The position numbers and the translations under genes are program-made. DNA of 64,000 bases, taken from contig AP024674.1 in assembly GCA_025998755.1 (NCBI GenBank), positions 876,467-940,466 of the forward strand, in the 5' to 3' direction. Positions 30,717-40,144 of this stretch are shown piece after piece (the first letter of the stretch is position 1; each line of letters begins with the position of its first letter). The DNA comes from Armatimonadota bacterium (GTDB taxonomy: Bacteria > Armatimonadota > UBA5829 > DSUL01). The notes beneath the pieces were generated by a model. The model searched no databases. It saw only the letters and a list, made by a program, of their open reading frames with translations, and was not told where the DNA came from.

Positions 30717-32792
30717 ATGTCCACCGGTGAGGCTGCCGGCACAAAGAAACCCAACCGCCTGGCGGGGGAGACAAGCCCTTATCTCTTGCAGCACGCGTTC
30801 AATCCCGTTGACTGGTATCCGTGGGGAGAGGAGGCGTTCCGCGCAGCACGTGAACGCGATGTTCCCATCTTCCTTTCCATCGGCTACAGCACCTGCCACT
30901 GGTGCCACGTGATGGAGCGGGAGAGCTTTGAGAACGAAGAGACTGCCCGGATCCTGAACGAACATTTCGTCAGCATCAAGGTGGACCGCGAGGAGCGGCC
31001 GGACATCGACGAAGTCTATATGCAGGCGGCGCAGCTCCTGACCGGTGCCGGCGGCTGGCCTCTGAGTGTCTTTCTGACCCCGGATCTGCGCCCCTTTTAC
31101 GCTGGTACCTATTTCCCCCCCATTGATGCCTACGGCCGGCCGGGATTTCCGCGATTGCTTCAGGCGATAGCTCAGGCCTACCGTGAGCGTAGAGAGGATG
31201 TCGAAGCTAGTTGCTCTGATCTGAGCCAGGCTATAGTCCAGTCTCTGACCGGGCTAGAGCGTCCCGGTGACGTTGGCCTCGGAACGGTGCGAGAGGCAGG
31301 CCGCGAGATCCTGTCCACGTTGGACCCAGTTTTCGGGGGCTTCGGGAGCGCCCCGAAGTTTCCACCATGCTTTGCGCTCCAGCTCCTGCTGCGAGAGTAT
31401 CACCGCTGCGGCGAAACTTCGTTCCTGGACGCAGTCTCGTTGACGTTGGACCGGATGACGCAGGGAGGCATTTTCGATCACATCGGCGGCGGATTCCATC
31501 GCTATTCCACCGATCGCCAGTGGTTGGTGCCGCACTTTGAGAAGATGCTTTACGACAACGCGCTCATCCCGCTCGTGCTATTGGAGGGGTGGCAGGTGAC
31601 AAAGCGCGAGCAGTGGGCGGAGGCCGCGGCGCGGACGCTAGACTTTGTGCTGCGCGAACTGACCGGTTCCCACGGCGGTTTCCTGAGCGCTCTGGATGCG
31701 GACAGTGAGGGCGAAGAGGGCAGGTTCTACGTATGGACACCCGAAGAGGTGAAATCTGCTCTCGGGGAACGCGATGGAGAGTTGTTTTGCCTTGCCTACG
31801 GCATAACGCCTGAGGGAAATTTCGAACACGGGCGCAGCATCCCCCACCTGCAGAAGGATCTGGAGACGCTTGCGAGTGAGCTTGGCCTGGACCCGGACGG
31901 ATTCAAGCGGGACATTGCGCGAATGCGAGAGATCCTTCTCAACATACGTTCGCGAAGAGTTCCTCCACACCTGGACGACAAGGTTAACGTTTCCTGGAAC
32001 GGGCTGATGATCCGCACCCTTGCATTCGCTGCGCGAGTATTGGACCGACCGGGTTATCTGGACGGGGCGCGCCGTGCGGCCTCGTTCATCCTCGATGAGG
32101 TTCTCACAGACGGCGGACTTGCTCACTCCTGGCGCGATGGCCGGGCCGCGTTGCCCGCTTTCCAGGAAGACTATGCTTGCCTGCTGTTGGGGCTTGTGGA
32201 ACTCTATCAGGCGGACTTCGATGTGCGCTGGCTAAACGAGGCTGAGCGCTTGGGCGATGAAATGATCTCTCTCTTCCTGGACCGGGAGGGTGGGGGGTTT
32301 TACTCATCGCGTAAGTCCCACGAAACCCCGCTGGTGCGAAGCAAAAGTCCAACCGATGGTGTGACGCCATCCGGCAACTCGGCGGCGGCTCTCGCGCTCG
32401 CACGGCTGGGGAGGCTGCTAGGTCGGCAGGATTTCCTGGAAATCGCCAATCAGACCGTTCAGACTTTCGGCCAAGCGGCAGCTCGCGCGCCCCGGGCATT
32501 CGAGCATCTGCTGATCGCTGTGGACTATCTGGAGACCCCCTCGCAGGAGATTGTGCTTGCAGGCGATCCGGATACCTCGGAGTGGGCGGATCTGCGCGCC
32601 GTTACGGGATCCCTGTTTCTGCCCTGGAGCGTGCTCGCCTTTGCCGCCGGAACAGAAGACGACCCCGCTCCTGCGCGCGGCAAAATGGCGTCGGATAGGC
32701 GCGCAACGGCTTATGTCTGCCGGGACTTTGCCTGCCGGGCCCCCGTGTGCACAGCCTCGGATCTGGAGGCAGCGCTGACCGCGAGGGATTAG
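30717..32792 (+). CDS. thioredoxin-domain protein (DUF255/YyaL family, AGE-like C-terminal domain)
   Basis: N-terminal [22 protein letters not shown]...[20 protein letters not shown] signature of DUF255 family. Confidence 0.8.
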   Translation: MSTGEAAGTKKPNRLAGETSPYLLQHAFNPVDWYPWGEEAFRAARERDVPIFLSIGYSTCHWCHVMERESFENEETARILNEHFVSIKVDREERPDIDEVYMQAAQLLTGAGGWPLSVFLTPDLRPFYAGTYFPPIDAYGRPGFPRLLQAIAQAYRERREDVEASCSDLSQAIVQSLTGLERPGDVGLGTVREAGREILSTLDPVFGGFGSAPKFPPCFALQLLLREYHRCGETSFLDAVSLTLDRMTQGGIFDHIGGGFHRYSTDRQWLVPHFEKMLYDNALIPLVLLEGWQVTKREQWAEAAARTLDFVLRELTGSHGGFLSALDADSEGEEGRFYVWTPEEVKSALGERDGELFCLAYGITPEGNFEHGRSIPHLQKDLETLASELGLDPDGFKRDIARMREILLNIRSRRVPPHLDDKVNVSWNGLMIRTLAFAARVLDRPGYLDGARRAASFILDEVLTDGGLAHSWRDGRAALPAFQEDYACLLLGLVELYQADFDVRWLNEAERLGDEMISLFLDREGGGFYSSRKSHETPLVRSKSPTDGVTPSGNSAAALALARLGRLLGRQDFLEIANQTVQTFGQAAARAPRAFEHLLIAVDYLETPSQEIVLAGDPDTSEWADLRAVTGSLFLPWSVLAFAAGTEDDPAPARGKMASDRRATAYVCRDFACRAPVCTASDLEAALTARD

Positions 32793-32798
32793 CGTGGC

Positions 32799-33326
32799 TT
32801 AATTTCTGCCGGGCGGGGTCTGGCGCGGTGGAGAGGCGCCCGTCGGCCTCTCATTCCGCACTTCCACCCGCCCGTCCATCCGCAGGATCAGAACGACCCT
32901 CTGCTGCCCCGCAGGCGCGTGCATGTCGCAGCGGATGACCGCCGCTTCCGGGGGAGTGGCATCGGTGGGACGGAAGTAACGGTATCCGGCTGGTTTCTTT
33001 TCATTCTTGTCTGTGGGGCACCGCAGCACGCTGTCCGTCTTGAGGAAGTCCGGATAGAGCATCTCCAGCTTCTCTGGATAACTCCGGTGCCTGTTGTGAT
33101 ATCGCTGAAGCGCGGCTCCCAGCTCGATCAGATTCCGCCGACAGGTCTCCACTTCCATCCACGAGCGGTACAACCGCGAAAGCGACCCGTCCCGGGACGA
33201 AACTGCGAGAAACAGCAGAACTGCCAACACACATAGAAGCAGCGCCGCAAGGCAGCCGATGCAGGCCATGGACCGCCCGGCGGACCGAATGGGGGGAACG
33301 CCGGGTCTCTCTTCGCGACTGGACAA
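32799..33326 (-). CDS. hypothetical membrane-anchored protein
   Basis: Single N-terminal TM (MACIGCLAALLLCVLAVLLFLAV) followed by soluble domain; antisense ORF non-coding-like. Confidence 0.45.
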   Translation of the reverse strand: MSSREERPGVPPIRSAGRSMACIGCLAALLLCVLAVLLFLAVSSRDGSLSRLYRSWMEVETCRRNLIELGAALQRYHNRHRSYPEKLEMLYPDFLKTDSVLRCPTDKNEKKPAGYRYFRPTDATPPEAAVIRCDMHAPAGQQRVVLILRMDGRVEVRNERPTGASPPRQTPPGRN

Positions 33327-33472
33327 AAGCGACCTCCGTCAAGTTGCCTGGGTCAGGCAGACCCCGTGCATCATAATCGGATGAGCTTTGCAGGGTCAAG
33401 ACAGGGAAACGGCACAACATCAAGCAACATTGGGTTGGGTCGGGAGGTCGGGGCGGGTATAACCCTGTAGCG

Positions 33473-33502
33473 TTGCCGGAGAGAAACTAAATCGGCAATA
33501 AT
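33473..33502 (+). promoter_or_regulatory. candidate sigma70-type promoter for sbtA
   Basis: TTGCCG (33473-33478), 18-nt spacer, AATAAT (33497-33502), about 45 nt upstream of sbtA start. Confidence 0.25.
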
Positions 33503-33548
33503 TCTGCAGGCTGTCCGGCGCGATTCACATAACCGGAGCGGGATACTC

Positions 33549-34484
33549 TTGGACCCTGTCATCCTGTTTTTCATTCTCGGTCTGGCAGCCGGGGCTGCGA
33601 AGGCGGACCTTCGCCTGCCGCCGGCCATCTATGATTTCCTCAGCGCTTATCTTCTGCTGGCCATCGGGCTCAAGGGAGGAATCGAGCTGTCGACCCAGTC
33701 GCTCGGTCCACTCATCCCGAAAGTGATCGTGGTGATGTTTCTGGCCTCTCTTCTTCCTCTCCTGGCTTATCCGGTACTGCGCCTCTTGGGACGGCTGGGC
33801 CAGGCGGACGCGGCATCGGTCGCCGCGCATTACGGGTCCGTCAGCGTTGGCACGTATGCCGTCGCGGTGGCCTTTCTATCTGCGCGCAGCATGTCCCACG
33901 AGAGCTATATGCCCCTTTTTCTTGCCCTGATGGAGATGCCAGCCATTGTTGTCGGCATTCTTCTGGCCAGGGGGATCACACGGGAAGTGCGTTGGGGTCG
34001 CCTGTTGCATGAAGTGTTCCTTGGGAAAGCTGTTGTGCTGCTGAGTGGCGGGTTACTGATCGGATGGGCGGCAGGCCCTGATGGATTCTCGTCGCTGGAA
34101 GCGTTTTACGGTGGTCTTTTCCGCGGCCTGCTCAGTCTGTTTCTGCTGGAGATGGGACTGCTCTGCGCCGGCCAAATCGGGGCGCTCCGAGGGGTGGGGG
34201 CGTTCCTTGTGGCATTCGGCATCCTGACGCCGGTGGTGTTTGGCCTGCTGGGATGTGCGGCGGGCACGCTGTTGATGAACCTGTCCGCAGGCGGTGCTGC
34301 GCTGCTTGGTGTACTGGCCGCCAGCGCATCGTATATCGCGGTGCCTGCAGCGATGCGCATCTCCGTTCCCGAGGCCAATCCGGCCATCTCGCTGGCGGCA
34401 GCACTGGGAGTTACGTTTCCGTTCAATGTCACCCTAGGAATACCCCTCTACGTTCGAATGGCGCAGTGGATGGCACGGTTCTAG
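33549..34484 (+). CDS. sbtA: sodium-dependent bicarbonate transporter family permease (SbtA/DUF897)
   Basis: N-terminus DPVILFFILGLAAGAAKADLRLPPAIYDFLSAYLLLAIGLKGG matches SbtA family; ~10 TM; TTG start with ggagcggg RBS. Confidence 0.75.
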   Translation: MDPVILFFILGLAAGAAKADLRLPPAIYDFLSAYLLLAIGLKGGIELSTQSLGPLIPKVIVVMFLASLLPLLAYPVLRLLGRLGQADAASVAAHYGSVSVGTYAVAVAFLSARSMSHESYMPLFLALMEMPAIVVGILLARGITREVRWGRLLHEVFLGKAVVLLSGGLLIGWAAGPDGFSSLEAFYGGLFRGLLSLFLLEMGLLCAGQIGALRGVGAFLVAFGILTPVVFGLLGCAAGTLLMNLSAGGAALLGVLAASASYIAVPAAMRISVPEANPAISLAAALGVTFPFNVTLGIPLYVRMAQWMARF

Positions 34485-34496
34485 GAAGGATTATCA

Positions 34497-34799
34497 GTGA
34501 GCACATTCCAGGCCAAACTTGTCACAATCATCACCGAGGCTCTTTTGGAAGAGGAGCTGACGCAGCGCCTTGTGGAGCTTGGGGCCACAGGCTACACCAT
34601 CTCGGATACGCGAGGGAGGGGGCATCGGGGCATCCGAGACGCCGGTTGGGAGCACGGCGCAAATATCCGCGTGGAGGTTCTCTGCGAGGAAGAGGTGGCC
34701 CGGCGCATCGCGGCGTTCCTTGTTGAGAACTATTACAGAGACTATGCAATGGTCGTTTTCATAGACACTGTGGAGGTTCTCCGTGAAAACCGTTTCTGA
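34497..34799 (+). CDS. sbtB: PII-like signalling protein SbtB
   Basis: 100-aa PII fold signature ([39 protein letters not shown]); GTG start 12 nt after sbtA stop. Confidence 0.75.
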   Translation: MSTFQAKLVTIITEALLEEELTQRLVELGATGYTISDTRGRGHRGIRDAGWEHGANIRVEVLCEEEVARRIAAFLVENYYRDYAMVVFIDTVEVLRENRF

Positions 34800-35319
34800 A
34801 CAGGCCGCCACTGAATCCTCCGGCGTCCAGCCCCTCGTGGGCGTGATCATGGGCTCCAAATCGGACTGGGAGACTATGCGCCACGCATCAGAGACTCTGG
34901 AGCGGCTAGGGGTGCCGCACGAGGTCCGCGTGGTGTCCGCCCACAGAACGCCCGATGAGATGCGCCGCTATGCTACTGAGGCAAAGGCAAGAGGACTTCA
35001 GGTCATCATCGCCGGCGCGGGCGGGGCGGCCCATCTGCCGGGAATGACGGCTGCGTTCACCACGCTGCCCGTGCTGGGCGTCCCCGTTCAGACCAGCGCA
35101 CTGAACGGCATGGACTCGCTGCTTTCCATCGTCCAGATGCCCGGCGGCATCCCCGTTGGAACACTGGCGATCGGCAGGGCAGGGGCGGTGAATGCCGCTC
35201 TCCTGGCGGCGGCCATTCTGGCGCTTACACGCCGCGAGCTTCAAAGCAGGCTGGAAGAGCTGCGCGAACAGACAGCCCGCGAGGTGCTATCGTGTCCGGA
35301 TCCTCGCCTCCCCGGGTGA
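34783..35319 (+). CDS. purE: 5-(carboxyamino)imidazole ribonucleotide mutase
   Basis: Motifs [38 protein letters not shown]; GTG start overlaps sbtB 3' end by 17 nt. Confidence 0.9.
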   Translation: MKTVSEQAATESSGVQPLVGVIMGSKSDWETMRHASETLERLGVPHEVRVVSAHRTPDEMRRYATEAKARGLQVIIAGAGGAAHLPGMTAAFTTLPVLGVPVQTSALNGMDSLLSIVQMPGGIPVGTLAIGRAGAVNAALLAAAILALTRRELQSRLEELREQTAREVLSCPDPRLPG

Positions 35320-36401
35320 GAACGGTCGGTATTCTTGGCGGGGGGCAGTTGGCCAGGATGTTGGCTCTGGCCGGCATTCCTCTGGGGCTGCGCTTCGTGT
35401 TCGCTTCTCCTCAGCCCGGAGAGTGCGCCTTCGAACTGGGCCGAGCCGTCGTAGCGGACTGGCGCAGCTTGGAGTCGGAACCAGGTGTTCTGGAGGAGGC
35501 AGATGTCGTCACTTGGGAATTCGAGAATATCTCGCTGCGCGCGTTGAGGCGGCTGCAGAAAATTCTGCCGGTGTTTCCCTCCCCGGAGATTCTGGCCGTC
35601 AAGCAAGATAGACTGCGGGAAAAGGAGGTATTCCGAAGCCTTGGCATTCCCACGGCGGATTTCGTGCCTGTAGATACTATTGAGGATGCGAGCCGAGCTT
35701 TTGAGATCCTCGGCAACCCGCTGGTGCTGAAGACGCGATCTCACGGGTATGACGGCAAGGGCCAGGTGGTGGCAAAGGATTTCGTGGATCTCGAACAAGC
35801 GGTCTCGCGCGGTGGGCATCTTCTGGCGGAGCAATTCGTGCAGTTCGATCGCGAACTCTCAGTGGTGGGCGTGAGAACGACCGATGGATGCCACAGCTTC
35901 TATCCCGTGACGGAAAACATCCACAGAGAAGGGATCCTCAGGGTATCGCGCTGCCGGCCAGACGATCCGAAATGGGGCGAGGCAACGGAATATACCCGGC
36001 GTTTGATGGATTACTTTGGCTACACAGGAGTGCTGGCGATCGAGTTTTTTGAGAAGGACGGCGGGCTGTTGGCGAACGAGTTTTCTCCCCGCGTTCATAA
36101 CACCGGCCACTGGACCATTGAAGGTGCGGAGACAAGTCAGTTCGAGAATCACTTGCGGGCTGTGGTGGGGTGGGAGCCGGGCAGCACCGCTCCCGTTGCC
36201 AGTGCCGCGATGGTGAACTGCATTGGACACCTGCCGGCCCCGGAAGATGTTGCCCGGATTCCCGGTGCGCACCTCCATATTTACGGAAAGGCGATCCGGC
36301 CGCGCCGGAAGGTGGGGCACGTAACCGTTCGAGCGGAGTCCCAGGCGGTGTTGGAGGAACGCCTGCAAGCAGTCGGCCGCCTGCTCAATGAGGCGATATA
36401 G
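35292..36401 (+). CDS. purK: N5-carboxyaminoimidazole ribonucleotide synthase
   Basis: ATP-grasp enzyme with [15 protein letters not shown]-terminus; overlaps purE by 28 nt. Confidence 0.85.
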   Translation: MSGSSPPRVRTVGILGGGQLARMLALAGIPLGLRFVFASPQPGECAFELGRAVVADWRSLESEPGVLEEADVVTWEFENISLRALRRLQKILPVFPSPEILAVKQDRLREKEVFRSLGIPTADFVPVDTIEDASRAFEILGNPLVLKTRSHGYDGKGQVVAKDFVDLEQAVSRGGHLLAEQFVQFDRELSVVGVRTTDGCHSFYPVTENIHREGILRVSRCRPDDPKWGEATEYTRRLMDYFGYTGVLAIEFFEKDGGLLANEFSPRVHNTGHWTIEGAETSQFENHLRAVVGWEPGSTAPVASAAMVNCIGHLPAPEDVARIPGAHLHIYGKAIRPRRKVGHVTVRAESQAVLEERLQAVGRLLNEAI

Positions 36402-36435
36402 GAAGCCGGAATAGCCGCTGCTACCTTCAAGGATA

Positions 36436-36466
36436 GAGGCCCGGGCGTTATCCGTCCCCGGGCCTC
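36436..36466. terminator. GC-rich hairpin between purK and tRNA-Ala (possible bidirectional terminator)
   Basis: gaggcccggg (36436-36445) pairs with cccgggcctc (36457-36466), 11-nt loop. Confidence 0.3.
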
Positions 36467-36473
36467 ATCCAAA

Positions 36474-36549
36474 TGGTGGAGCTGAGCGGATTCGAACCGC
36501 CGACCTCTTCCGTGCGAAGGAAGCGCTCTCCCAACTGAGCCACAGCCCC
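36474..36549 (-). tRNA. tRNA-Ala (anticodon CGC)
   Basis: Reverse complement GGGGCTGTGGCTCAGTTGGGAGAGCGCTTCCTTCGCACGGAAGAGGTCGGCGGTTCGAATCCGCTCAGCTCCACCA folds as cloverleaf: G3:U70 Ala identity pair, anticodon loop TTCGCAC, T-loop TTCGAAT, encoded CCA. Confidence 0.9.
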
Positions 36550-36728
36550 GTTCGCGCTGCCGGCCTCCCGCCCGGACACGCCAATTGCCGAGAACGACGT
36601 GTCCCGTTCAGCGGGGCTACGGGCAATGGCTGACAGCCGGCATTTCACCGAAACACCGCTTCAGCCTTCTTTACGCAGACTATTATAGCACACAGTCATC
36701 AGCCCGCCAGCGGGGGCTTTCCTGGAGC

Positions 36729-38171
36729 CTACTCACCTTGGCCGAGAGTGAACCCGGGCTCTCCATCATAAGAATACAGGTTTTCCGTTTTGATGATATC
36801 AAGCCCGGCATCCGTCAGGCATCCCAGAAGCTCCAGACATTTTCGGTAGCTTTCGGCCGACTGGTGGAAGCGGAACCGGCATCTCCAGTGGTCAGTGCAG
36901 AAAGTCTCGGGCAGACCCTCAGGATACACCTTCACACCTCGGTTGGTGATCAGCGACAGCTCGGTTCCGGGTGGGGCGGCGGCAAGCAGCTTGCTCGCAA
37001 GGGTCTCCGCATTCCGGCCCGCTTCATTCCAGAACAGGAAGACATCTATCCCCACCAGTTCCCGCACTGCGGCGGACGGATGGGAAAGCGAGACAGCCAC
37101 CGGCGTATTGCGATACTGGACAGGGGTAAGCTTTCTCGGTTCCTTTCCCAGTCTTGCAATCACTGCGTCGGCGAACGCTGCGGTTCCAACTTCATCCGCA
37201 CTCAGGCCCACTCTGTAGATATCCGGGGTGTGGATACCATCCTCAATCGTACAGAGCCAGGCGTTTTTAACGGTCTGGGCGGTTTCGCCCAGGCCCAGAT
37301 GAACCAGCATCTGGGTTGCGGCGATCAACAGCCCCGATGGATTGGCTACACCCCGGCCTGCAATATCCGGAGCGGAGCCGTGCACCGCCTCGAACATGGC
37401 CGCCTGCTCTCCGATGTTGGCTGACGCGGCAAGTCCGATGGAGCCTGTCAGTTGAGCCGCGATGTCTGAAAGGATATCCCCATACAGGTTGAGCGTCACG
37501 ATGACATCAAATGTCTCGGGGCTTGCCGCCAGCCGGGCAGAGCCGATGTCAATGATCATGTGATCGCTTTCGATGTCCGGGTACTCCGTGGAGATCTCGT
37601 CGAACACCCGATGAAACAGGCCGTCCGTGAGCTTCATGATGTTGTCTTTCGTCATACAGGTGACACGGCGGCGGCCAAAGGCGCGGGCATATTCGAAAGC
37701 GAAGCGGACGATCTTTTCGCATCCGGGCCGCGATACCAGCTTCAGAACCTGGGTGACCTCGGGGGTCTGTCGGTGCTCGATCCCGGCGTACAGGTCCTCT
37801 TCATTCTCCCGGATAATAACTAGGTTCATCCCCGGGTGAGGGGATGCAATGAAGGGGCTATACGCCTTGCACGGCCTGACGTTAGCGAACAGATTCAGGG
37901 TCTTGCGGATCGTGACATTGACGCTCTTGAAGCCCTTTCCCTGAGGCGTTGTCACAGGGCCTTTCAGCAGACACCCGGCGGCTCGGATCTTGTCCCAGGC
38001 ATCGGGGGATACGCCCGAAGTGATGCCGCGGCGATAGACGCTCTCGCCGAGCTCCAGAAAATCGTAATCCAGAGGAGCATCGGCCGCGTCCAGAATCCGC
38101 AGCACGGCTTCCGTGATCTCCGGGCCGATGCCATCACCGGGCGCCACCACACACCTTTTCCTGTCGCTCAT
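36729..38171 (-). CDS. isocitrate dehydrogenase (isocitrate/isopropylmalate dehydrogenase family, with ~130-aa C-terminal extension)
   Basis: Motifs VVAPGDGIGPEI, NLFANVRP, CMTKDNIMKLTDGLF, NLYGDILSDIAAQLTGSIGLAASANIG. Confidence 0.7.
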   Translation of the reverse strand: MSDRKRCVVAPGDGIGPEITEAVLRILDAADAPLDYDFLELGESVYRRGITSGVSPDAWDKIRAAGCLLKGPVTTPQGKGFKSVNVTIRKTLNLFANVRPCKAYSPFIASPHPGMNLVIIRENEEDLYAGIEHRQTPEVTQVLKLVSRPGCEKIVRFAFEYARAFGRRRVTCMTKDNIMKLTDGLFHRVFDEISTEYPDIESDHMIIDIGSARLAASPETFDVIVTLNLYGDILSDIAAQLTGSIGLAASANIGEQAAMFEAVHGSAPDIAGRGVANPSGLLIAATQMLVHLGLGETAQTVKNAWLCTIEDGIHTPDIYRVGLSADEVGTAAFADAVIARLGKEPRKLTPVQYRNTPVAVSLSHPSAAVRELVGIDVFLFWNEAGRNAETLASKLLAAAPPGTELSLITNRGVKVYPEGLPETFCTDHWRCRFRFHQSAESYRKCLELLGCLTDAGLDIIKTENLYSYDGEPGFTLGQGE

Positions 38172-38308
38172 GACGATACTCTTCCTTTTATCTTGATAGT
38201 TAGAATTCCTGAAAAGCTTAGGCCCTCATCAGGCCGGCGTCGACAGCAGTAAACGCTTTCCTGCCGCTCCTTTGTTCCGAGAGACGGCACAGAGCAAGCC
38301 GGAGGACT

Positions 38309-39769
38309 TCATCCGAGGAACCGTCTGCGCAGAGCAGCCTGCAAAAGAAGATCGGCGACCTTGGCAGTCTGACCGGCTTCAAGCGACTCGCAGATCCTGC
38401 GCGTCAGCAGCACGTGCTCCTCGTCGGGCTCCCATTTCAGCCCGGCGTGCACGACTGCAGCCTGCAGATCCTGCGTCAGGAACGGGCTTTCCGGATCGGT
38501 GTAACGCAGCGCATCCGTCAGCTTCGCGCGGAACGAGGGATAGACGGAATCGAGGAACTCCAGATCCCGATCGCTTAACGACTCAAGTCCGAGGAGCTCC
38601 GGAGGGCAACCCAGGGAATACAGTGCGCAGGTGAAGGAGATGGCCCGCGGCAAGCTCACTCCGTCCAGTTCCCGCGCATATCCGAACAGTCCTATGTGGA
38701 GCTTGCGTGCCCGCCGTGGCGGAACGAATCTTGCTACCGCGTTAATGGACGGAGCAAGCTGGACGACCCGGCGGCGGTAAGCGCTGCTGTACGCCTGGAT
38801 GAGTGCCTGGGCGCGTCCCGGATCCACGGGAACGGGGGCTCCAATGGTTCTGTCTTTCAGAAAGGCGCAGGCTTGGCTTACCTCGGACACAGGATAATCG
38901 AACTTGAATGCTGACTGAATGGTGAAGGTCACCACGCTGGGATACTCCGCGCTGACGCGCTCCACCGTGCGCGGGCTAAGGCCGCCCCGGAACGGCGCTG
39001 AACCCATGCCTATGATAGGGCACAGGGGAATTCCTCTCTTCTGGCCAGTTTCATACAGTTGCTGCAGGGCCACCTTGTTGGCGAGCGCTGCGGCGGCCAG
39101 ACCGTAGTTCATCGCGGTGTCGGATCGCGCAAGGAACACCCGCTGATACTCCACATCCTTCCCGTCCAGATATTCCGTCAGGATTTCGCCGGCCCTGAGC
39201 ATTGTGGGAATGTCCTCAAACAGCGGGATGACATTGATTCGCGCCGGCCCAAAGTCACCGATCCACTGCGCCACCGTGATGTCCCCTTCTCGCACCGGCC
39301 TAAGCTGCCGCGCAATGATGAAGTCTTCGTAGTATTTGAAGACTCGGTTCAGGCAGCCAGCGGAGGTGGTCATAGGGAGGATCACCTCGAAGATCGGCGG
39401 TGGGGCGTCATCCCCGTAAAAGGCCCGGGCGGCGTCGAAAGACCGCGGAATGCTTTCCAGCGTCTCCAGGAGAATCTTGGCCTCGGCGCGCTCAACGGAC
39501 GGGTTCGGCACGCGAACAGTGAGCCGTAGATCCCGCCCCAGCACGTTCTGCCGGAAGAACTCCGGATAGAACGTGAGAAGTTTTTTCACCACGTGCGGGT
39601 CAATCTCTTTTCCCTCGACGTCCCACATCTGCTCATCGCAACCCAGATGCGAGTAGCAGTAGAACGCCTCGCGGATCTCGTCTTCTCCTGCCAGGACGGG
39701 GGAGGATGCGAAGAAGGGAACAGAAGCGTTATCGGGGTGTTGCGTGCTCATGCACCGCGAAACATTCAT
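38309..39769 (-). CDS. phosphoenolpyruvate carboxylase, archaeal type (PepcA-like)
   Basis: Hallmark N-terminus MSTQHPDN; ~500 aa; ATG 39769 preceded by ggag; ORF-track start 39832 treated as extension. Confidence 0.75.
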   Translation of the reverse strand: MNVSRCMSTQHPDNASVPFFASSPVLAGEDEIREAFYCYSHLGCDEQMWDVEGKEIDPHVVKKLLTFYPEFFRQNVLGRDLRLTVRVPNPSVERAEAKILLETLESIPRSFDAARAFYGDDAPPPIFEVILPMTTSAGCLNRVFKYYEDFIIARQLRPVREGDITVAQWIGDFGPARINVIPLFEDIPTMLRAGEILTEYLDGKDVEYQRVFLARSDTAMNYGLAAAALANKVALQQLYETGQKRGIPLCPIIGMGSAPFRGGLSPRTVERVSAEYPSVVTFTIQSAFKFDYPVSEVSQACAFLKDRTIGAPVPVDPGRAQALIQAYSSAYRRRVVQLAPSINAVARFVPPRRARKLHIGLFGYARELDGVSLPRAISFTCALYSLGCPPELLGLESLSDRDLEFLDSVYPSFRAKLTDALRYTDPESPFLTQDLQAAVVHAGLKWEPDEEHVLLTRRICESLEAGQTAKVADLLLQAALRRRFLG

Positions 39770-40062
39770 CGTGAACAATCTCCAGAAGGGGCGTGCGTAT
39801 TTGTGGCACCAGCGCAGTTCAGGGACGGTCAATCACGGCAGTATACCCCGAAAGAAAGCGTCCTGGTGTCCAGCGGAGAACCTGTCACCGGCGAAGCAGT
39901 GCACACCGGGGCAGGTTGTTGCGGCGTATGACGTGATTGAAATCCGCCCTTGCGAGCAGTGGAGGAGGAAGGCGGCTGGGCAGTGGAGGGCCCAAATTTG
40001 TGCTGGGGGACGAGCGAGGTAAGCTGATAGCCAAACTTTTTGAAATCCCTACGGAAAAAGTC

Positions 40063-40091
40063 TTGCGAGGCAGCAAAAGATATGTTACTCT
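40063..40091 (+). promoter_or_regulatory. candidate sigma70-type promoter of the glycan locus
   Basis: TTGCGA (40063-40068), 17-nt spacer, TACTCT (40086-40091), directly upstream of the palindromic operator. Confidence 0.3.
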
Positions 40092-40093
40092 GA

Positions 40094-40115
40094 GGTGTGG
40101 GAGCGCTCCCACACC
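40094..40115 (+). promoter_or_regulatory. perfect 22-bp palindrome, LacI-family operator candidate
   Basis: ggtgtgggagc|gctcccacacc; core GTGGGAGCGCTCCCAC resembles the symmetric lac operator TGTGAGCGCTCACA; half-site tgtgggagc repeated at 40117-40125; 30 nt upstream of the first gene of the locus. Confidence 0.45.
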
Positions 40116-40144
40116 CTTGTGGGAGCAGAGAAGGAGAGGGCCGT

